64,000 nucleotides of DNA from Trueperaceae bacterium (GTDB lineage Bacteria; Deinococcota; Deinococci; Deinococcales; Trueperaceae): contig OZ243956.1 of assembly GCA_965214405.1 (NCBI GenBank), positions 128,001-192,000 on the forward strand, written 5' to 3'. A program made the translations under genes and the position numbers. The notes beneath the pieces are model-generated. The model did no database searches and was not told where the DNA came from. It saw nothing but the letters and a program-made list of their open reading frames with translations. Positions within the stretch are counted from its first letter, which is position 1; every line of letters starts with the position of its first letter. Positions 58,232 to 64,000 of this stretch are shown piece by piece.

Positions 58232-60162
58232 CCCCCCTCCTTCCGCTCCTCCATGAGCAAAATCACGCCCCGCAGCGCGTCGTCAAACGAATCCATCGCC
58301 GAGACCATCACGCGGCAGGTGATGGATCTGCCGCGCCTGTTGACCGCGTCCAGCGAGAGCGCCTCGGGCTGCGAGCCGTCCGCGAGCAGGGTCCGCACGG
58401 GCGCGCGCAACTGTTCAACCGGCAGGCCGATGTCGAGCGCGAAAATAGACCTGCCGACGACCTCGTCCGCGCGCAGGCCCCACAGCTCCTCGGCGTGGGT
58501 GTTCCAGATGTAGATGTTGAGGTGGTGGTCTAAGACCACCACGCCCGCCTGTAAAGACGACAGAATCGCGTTTAAGAAGCCGTTCATGCGGTCGATTTCG
58601 TCGGTGCGGCGGCGCAGCTCGTCGTTCATCGTTTCTAACTCTTCGTTGGTGGACTGCATCTCCTCGTTCATGGTTTCTAGTTCTTCGTTGGTGCTCTGGA
58701 GCTCTTCGTTGGTGGTTTCTAACTCTTCGATCGTGCTCTGGAGCTCTTCGTTGGTGGTTTCTAACTCTTCATTAGACGACTGAAGCTCCTCGAAGGCGGT
58801 CTCGAGCGCGCCGTTGGCGGCCTCCAACTCGTGCTGGAGCCTTTTATGCGCCGTGACGTCTTGGAAGATGATGCTCGCGCCCAAAAACGCGCCCTCCCCG
58901 CCGTTTTCGTTGATAAGCGGCACCACCCGCACGTCAAAGTAGCGCGTGCCGTCCGCGCCGCTTTCGTCGCCTCCTTCCTCGCGTCCTCTGTCACGGCGCA
59001 ACGCGACGCCGTTGAGCTTGACGGTCTGGCGCTCCTTGAGCACTTTGTCTAAAGGTGTACGCAGGTCAACGGGGGTATAGGAAAATTCCAGGTCGCTAAA
59101 GGGCGTGCCGACGTGGTCATGGGTGAGGCCGAACACGGCTCGAGCGCGCTCGTTAATGAGCGCCACCCGCCCGCGCGCGTCCACCACCACCTGCGCCTCG
59201 GGGGCCACGTCGAAGCCTATTTCACGCAGCCGCACCTCGCGCGCCACGCGCCGCCCCGCCTCCTCCGTGCCCGCTTGCGAGAGCACGAGCAGCCGGTCGC
59301 GCAGGTTCGCGCGCTCGCGCGTGACGAAGACCCGGTGTTTGAGGCTCAGGGGCGCGAAGAGCTCGTCTTGCGAGAGCATTTCGGCCTTGCCCAAAAAGAG
59401 GACGCCGCCGCCGCGAAGCGCGAAGTGAAAGCGGGCTAAGAGCCGCCCCTGCACCTCGCGGTTAAAGTACATGAGCGTGTTGCGGCACACGAGCAGGTCC
59501 AAGCGCGAGATGGGCGCGTCTTGCACGAGGTCGTGCTTGCCGAAAATGACCGAGCGGCGCAGGTCGTTGCGGAAGGCGTAGCCGCCCGCTTCACTCTCGA
59601 AGTAGCGTTCGCGCAACCTTTCGGGCACGTCCTTGACGCGCTCTAAGCTGTAGCGCCCGACGCGCGCCTTGACAAGCTCTTCTTCGTCGGCGTCGGTCGC
59701 GTAGATTTTGACGCGCTGGCGGCAGCCCTCGGTCCCCAGCGCCTCGGCGAAGAGCATGATCAGCGTATAAGGCTCCTCGCCCGTCGCGCAGCCCGCGCTC
59801 CAGATGCGGATGGGGTCGTCGCCCGCGCGTTCTATCAAGTCGGGAATCACCCGGTCCGCCATATACGCCCAGGCCTCGGCGTCCCTAAAAAAGCCCGTCA
59901 CGTTAATCAGCACGGTGTTGAGCAGCGCGCTAAATTCGCCCGGATGAACCTCTAAATAGTCGATGTAGGCGTCGTAGCTCTCGACCTTGACGCCGCCCAT
60001 GCGCTTGTGGACGCGGCGGCGCAGGGTCGGGCGCTTGTAACCCGTTAAGTCTAAGCCGCGCTTGACTTTGAGAAACTCGAGCAGTTCCTCAAAGCGCTTC
60101 GCGTCACCCGGTGAGGCGCGCGGGATGCGGGGGCTCGAGGGGGCGTCTTCGGGGGGGCTCAC
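58228..60162 (-). CDS. CheR-type methyltransferase + PAS + Glu-rich coiled coil + PAS
   Basis: INVTGFFRD, WSAGCATGEEPY, ATD, CRNTLMYF, LFLG.AE; (ELQSTNEELET)n repeats. Confidence 0.92.
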   Translation of the reverse strand: MSPPEDAPSSPRIPRASPGDAKRFEELLEFLKVKRGLDLTGYKRPTLRRRVHKRMGGVKVESYDAYIDYLEVHPGEFSALLNTVLINVTGFFRDAEAWAYMADRVIPDLIERAGDDPIRIWSAGCATGEEPYTLIMLFAEALGTEGCRQRVKIYATDADEEELVKARVGRYSLERVKDVPERLRERYFESEAGGYAFRNDLRRSVIFGKHDLVQDAPISRLDLLVCRNTLMYFNREVQGRLLARFHFALRGGGVLFLGKAEMLSQDELFAPLSLKHRVFVTRERANLRDRLLVLSQAGTEEAGRRVAREVRLREIGFDVAPEAQVVVDARGRVALINERARAVFGLTHDHVGTPFSDLEFSYTPVDLRTPLDKVLKERQTVKLNGVALRRDRGREEGGDESGADGTRYFDVRVVPLINENGGEGAFLGASIIFQDVTAHKRLQHELEAANGALETAFEELQSSNEELETTNEELQSTIEELETTNEELQSTNEELETMNEEMQSTNEELETMNDELRRRTDEIDRMNGFLNAILSSLQAGVVVLDHHLNIYIWNTHAEELWGLRADEVVGRSIFALDIGLPVEQLRAPVRTLLADGSQPEALSLDAVNRRGRSITCRVMVSAMDSFDDALRGVILLMEERKEGG

Positions 60163-60195
60163 GGGTCTCCTGTCTCTCTAGGGTTGGAGTTCAAC

Positions 60196-60828
60196 TCAGG
60201 CGCTCCCGCGTGGTGCGTGAGCCTGGGCGGGCTCTACAAAAGCTTCTACGGCGGCGGCAATTTCTTCCAAGGATAACACAGCGTCCACCGCGCCCGTGCC
60301 AATGGCGGCTTCGGGCATCCCGGGATGCTCGGCGCTCTCTTCGGACTGCGCGACAACCCGCCCCCCCGCCGCCTTGACCGCCAGCACGCCCTGCGCCCCG
60401 TCGCGGCCCGTCCCGGAGAGCACCACCGCGAGCGCGCGAGGCCCGTAGATGAGAGCTGCCGACGCGAATAGTTCATCCGCGGAAGGCCGCACGTACTGCG
60501 TGCGCGCCGTGCGCGTGAGCGTGAGCGCGCCGCCGCCCTTGATAAGAAGGTGAAGGTCGGGCGGCGCGCAGTACACGGTGCCGCCGCGTAAAATCTCCCC
60601 TTCCTCCGCCGTTTTGACGCCAAGAGGCGTTTCCCGCGCCAAAATCTCCACTAAATAGCTCGGATGGTCGGACGGTAGATGCAACACCACCAACACCGCC
60701 GCGCTCAAATCTGCGGGCAGCGCTGCCAAGAGCATAGTAATCGCGTTCAGCCCCCCCGCCGACGCCGCCACCGTCACGACGAAGGGCGCGACCACCGGGG
60801 GAGCCGCTCGAGCGGCGCGCGAAGTCAT
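60196..60828 (-). CDS. Stand-alone CheB-type methylesterase domain
   Basis: AASAGG (Ser), LHL (His), RPSAD, SGTGRDG (Asp), GMP. Confidence 0.9.
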   Translation of the reverse strand: MTSRAARAAPPVVAPFVVTVAASAGGLNAITMLLAALPADLSAAVLVVLHLPSDHPSYLVEILARETPLGVKTAEEGEILRGGTVYCAPPDLHLLIKGGGALTLTRTARTQYVRPSADELFASAALIYGPRALAVVLSGTGRDGAQGVLAVKAAGGRVVAQSEESAEHPGMPEAAIGTGAVDAVLSLEEIAAAVEAFVEPAQAHAPRGSA

Positions 60829-60893
60829 TTAGATGGAGTGGTTAGTGGTGAGTGATGAGTGGTTAGAAAAAACTAACCACTAGCCACTCACCA

Positions 60894-61997
60894 CTAATCA
60901 CTGCCCTTCACGGCGCTAAGCACCCCTTCAGGCCCGTTTCCCTGCGGCTCCACGACTTCCGTTTCCGTTAGCAGCGTCTGCCGGATGAGGCGCGCGTGCT
61001 CTTGCGCGGTGCGGGAGCGCTCCAAAAAGCGTAGGGCCGAGCTTTCGTGACCGCGCTCGAGGGCGCGTCCGTAGAGCCGGGCCGAGAGAGCCGCCGTTTC
61101 CTCGAGGGCGGTCAGCGCGGTCCAGAGTGCGGTTTCAAGCGCGCCCGTTTGTTCCGCCAGGAGGCTCTGCGCCGTAAAAGCGTGACCCACACGGCAGCGA
61201 AAGCGCGGCAGCTCGCGGTCAACTTCCCAGAGCACGCCGCCGCACTCCGGGCAGGAGAACGAGGAGGGCACGCCGGGTTTGTCTTGGCGCTCGAGGGCGT
61301 CCACGTCGAACTCCGCGATGTCGGCTTCATAGGCGAGTTCTTCGCCCGTGTCCTCGCCCGTCGTCTGTCCTGAGTTTTGATTTGAACCCTGTCCGTTTTG
61401 TCCTGAGTTTTGGGGCACCGCCTCCTCTACTTCCTCCCCCACCAACGAAACCAACAGCGCGGCCAGTTCGGTCACGGGCGCGACAAAATCCACGGGGGCG
61501 TGCTCAATAGCGCTCCGCGGCATAGAATTATAAACTGCCTCCGCCGGGTCCTGAACCACCGCCAAACCGCCCTGCGCCTTGATCACTCGTAAGCCCGCCG
61601 TGCCGTCGTCCAACATCCCTGACAGCACCACGCCGATGACGCGCGGCCCGTAGGCACTGGCCGCCGTGCGAAAAAGCGGGTCGATGGCGGGCCGGTGCCC
61701 GTTCTCCCGCGGCCCCCGCACCACGCGCACCCGGCCCCGCTTGACCAGCAGGTGCTTGTCGGGCGGCGCGACGTAAAGCCGCCCCTCCCGGATCTCCTCG
61801 CCATCCTCGGGATGAAACGCGGGCAACGCCCCCGCGCGGCTCAAAATCTCGGGCATCATGCTCCTGCCGTGCGCGCTCACGTGCAACGCCACAAACACCG
61901 CCGCCGGAAACCCCACGGGCAGCCCCGCCACCAGCCTTGACAGCACCTCGACCCCGCCCGCCGACGCGCCTAGCACGATGATATTGCGTTTTGCCAT
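60894..61997 (-). CDS. CheB-type methylesterase with a C-terminal CxxC...CxxxH domain
   Basis: GASAGG, LHV, RPAIDPLFR, SGMLDDG, SMP; CPECGG..FRCRVGH. Confidence 0.92.
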   Translation of the reverse strand: MAKRNIIVLGASAGGVEVLSRLVAGLPVGFPAAVFVALHVSAHGRSMMPEILSRAGALPAFHPEDGEEIREGRLYVAPPDKHLLVKRGRVRVVRGPRENGHRPAIDPLFRTAASAYGPRVIGVVLSGMLDDGTAGLRVIKAQGGLAVVQDPAEAVYNSMPRSAIEHAPVDFVAPVTELAALLVSLVGEEVEEAVPQNSGQNGQGSNQNSGQTTGEDTGEELAYEADIAEFDVDALERQDKPGVPSSFSCPECGGVLWEVDRELPRFRCRVGHAFTAQSLLAEQTGALETALWTALTALEETAALSARLYGRALERGHESSALRFLERSRTAQEHARLIRQTLLTETEVVEPQGNGPEGVLSAVKGSD

Positions 61998-62103
61998 TCG
62001 TTTCCCCTACCCGTTTCTTGACGCTTTGTAACAGTGTACGCTTTTAAGCCGTGACGAGTGAGCGGTAAGCGATTAGATTTTTCTAACCCCTATCCGCTCA
62101 TCA

Positions 62104-62514
62104 CTACCCGCTGCTCTCAAACAGTACCACCGCCTCGCCCTCCAACACCCGCTCGCCCCGCCCGTTGGTGCAAACCGTTTCCAAAGTATAAATGCGCCCC
62201 TTCGCTTTTGTGACGGTGACCGTCGCGGTGACCGTGTCACCGATAAAAACGGGCGCAACGAACTTGAGCGTTTGTGACAAGTAGATGGCCCCCGGCCCCG
62301 GCAGCCGCGTCCCAATCACCGCCGACACGAGGCCCGCCGCGAACACGCCGTGCGCGACGCGCCGCCCGAAGCGCGTTCCTTTGGCGTAAGCTTCGTCCAA
62401 ATGAAGCGGGTTCACATCTCCGGTAAGGTGCGCGAACGTCACCACGTCCTCCTCGGTAATGGTGCGGCTTAGGGAGGCGGAGGCGGGGGGCTCGAGCTTT
62501 TCAGGGGTTGACAT
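62104..62514 (-). CDS. MaoC/PhaJ-like (R)-enoyl-CoA hydratase
   Basis: 'GDVNPLHLD..YA..TRFG.R.AHG', 'LPGPG.IY..Q.LKF..PV.IGD'. Confidence 0.92.
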   Translation of the reverse strand: MSTPEKLEPPASASLSRTITEEDVVTFAHLTGDVNPLHLDEAYAKGTRFGRRVAHGVFAAGLVSAVIGTRLPGPGAIYLSQTLKFVAPVFIGDTVTATVTVTKAKGRIYTLETVCTNGRGERVLEGEAVVLFESSG

Positions 62515-62538
62515 GCGGTCTCACTCTCGAGGGGTTCA

Positions 62539-62562
62539 AACAAGGGGTTGCAACCCCTTGTT
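62539..62562. repeat. 24-bp palindrome, copy 3
   Basis: Identical to 51282-51305. Confidence 0.95.
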
Positions 62563-62641
62563 ACCCGTGGCACATGGGGAAGCAAACATCTACACGGTCA
62601 CTCAATAAGTATAAGTAGGGCAGGGAGAATCAAATTGTTAC

Positions 62642-63793
62642 CTAAAGCGCCTGCAACTCCTTGACCGCGGGCAGCGCGGTCGCCCCCTCAAACGCGTTCA
62701 CTTCCTCGATAAACCGCTTGAAAAGGTAGCTCGCGTCGTGCGGGCCGGGGCTCGCCTCGGGGTGGTACTGGACGCTAAAGACAGGGTAGCGCACGTGCGC
62801 CATGCCCTCCAAAGTACCGTCATTCAAGTTGATATGCGTCGCCCGGAACTGTCCGCCGGGGATGGAGTCGATATCCACCACGTAATTATGATTTTGGCTG
62901 GTGATTTCGACCTCGCCCGTGACGAGGTTTTTGACGGGCGTGTTGGCCCCGTGGTGACCGTGCTTGAGCTTGTGCGTGGTGCCGCCCACGGCTAAGCCCA
63001 AAAGCTGATGGCCCAGACAGATGCCGTAGGTGGGCAGCAGGCCCAGGAGTTGCCACACCGTGTCGTGCGCGTATTTGGGACCGTCGGGGTCGCCGGGGCC
63101 GTTGGAGATGACCAGGCCGTAGGGGTTCAGGGCCATAATCTGCGCCGGGGTCGTTTGCGCGGGCACGACGATGACTTCTGCACCCGCCTGCTCGAGCTTA
63201 TACACAATCGAGTGCTTGATACCGAAGTCGATGACGGCCACCCTGGGGTTGTCCTTGAAGGTCGGGCGGGCGTAGGGCAGGGGCGTCGTCACCTCGGGCG
63301 TCATGTCGCGCCCGTCGATGTCGGCGTGGGTTTTGGCCTCTTGGATGAGGTCGGCCTCGAGCGCGTCATCGGTCTTCCCGTGATAAATCACGCCCTTGAC
63401 CACGCCCCCGACGCGCAGCCGCCGCGTAAGCGCGCGCGTGTCGATGCCCTCGATGCCGACAATCTTGTGCCCCTCCATAAAGCTCTGCAAATCCTGGTTC
63501 GAGCGGTGATTCGAGGCCACGCGTGAAAACTCGCGGACGATAAAGCCTCGCGCAAAAGGCTTGTTCGACTCCATGTCATAGACCGATACGCCGTAGTTGC
63601 CGATGTGCGGATAGGTCATCAGCACGATTTGCCCGTGATAGGAGGGGTCAGTCAGGATTTCTTGATAGCCCGTCATCGAGGTGTTAAAGACCACCTCGCC
63701 AACCGTCTTGCCGTGATAGCCAAAGGCGTAGCCGTAGTAGACGGTGCCGTCTTCTAAAGCCAACACCGCGGGAGGTTTGTTCAGGAGCGCCAT
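62642..63793 (-). CDS. carA: Carbamoyl-phosphate synthase small subunit
   Basis: [45 protein letters not shown]. Confidence 0.98.
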   Translation of the reverse strand: MALLNKPPAVLALEDGTVYYGYAFGYHGKTVGEVVFNTSMTGYQEILTDPSYHGQIVLMTYPHIGNYGVSVYDMESNKPFARGFIVREFSRVASNHRSNQDLQSFMEGHKIVGIEGIDTRALTRRLRVGGVVKGVIYHGKTDDALEADLIQEAKTHADIDGRDMTPEVTTPLPYARPTFKDNPRVAVIDFGIKHSIVYKLEQAGAEVIVVPAQTTPAQIMALNPYGLVISNGPGDPDGPKYAHDTVWQLLGLLPTYGICLGHQLLGLAVGGTTHKLKHGHHGANTPVKNLVTGEVEITSQNHNYVVDIDSIPGGQFRATHINLNDGTLEGMAHVRYPVFSVQYHPEASPGPHDASYLFKRFIEEVNAFEGATALPAVKELQAL

Positions 63794-63960
63794 AGCCACC
63801 TCACTCTCATTAAAAAGAGTGTAGCACTCGAGCCGCGCGCATTCGGGGGGTGAGGGACATTTCGAACAGCCTCAAAAAGAAGGTTGAAAGGTCCTGCTCG
63901 AGCCTTTTGGTCCTTGTGTTTCTTCGGTAAAGCCCCCTTAGCAGCCCGCGTTCAAGTCGC

Positions 63961-63996
63961 AAAAAAGACCTCGGGCGGCGAACTGCTCACGAGGTT
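63961..63996 (-). terminator. Intrinsic terminator of a minus-strand transcript starting beyond the window
   Basis: Minus strand ACCTCG...TTCG...CGAGGT followed by C and T6. Confidence 0.6.
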
Positions 63997-64000
63997 TGCC

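Noticed and set aside
58610..58795. 21/42-bp DNA repeats as a non-coding array
   Set aside because: They encode the CheR coiled-coil heptads

Overview
GC-rich bacterial chromosomal window. I infer Deinococcota, most likely Truepera-like, from the protein content and from many -10 boxes sitting 6-8 nt before start codons (leaderless genes). Housekeeping genes include zwf, an HtrA protease, rlmB, metG, luxS, carA, a 7Fe-type ferredoxin and an OmpR-type two-component pair. Other content: an XPB-like helicase paired with a DUF790/Bax1-like nuclease, an accessory patch at about 7-13.3 kb (two PIN toxin-antitoxin modules, a frameshifting IS5, PadR, an orphan gene), several ABC systems, and a receptor-less CheB/CheB/CheR/PAS-LuxR cluster. 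Signals the ORF track does not explain: (1) a 180-235 nt rod-shaped intergenic RNA candidate at 24.24-24.47 kb with 6S-RNA-like architecture; (2) a leaderless Met-Met leader peptide and attenuator ahead of metG; (3) a decayed GH84 O-GlcNAcase gene, present as two 5' copies around a TA module and still overlapping an intact OGA-type acetyltransferase; (4) a sugar ABC / DhaKL / MtnA / MtnK-SDR-fusion operon with no aldolase; (5) roughly 9-fold over-representation of CTCGAG by hand count, with one rearrangement breakpoint exactly at such a site; (6) several families of small dispersed palindromic repeats. All family calls come from motif recognition by eye. No database search or folding program was run.
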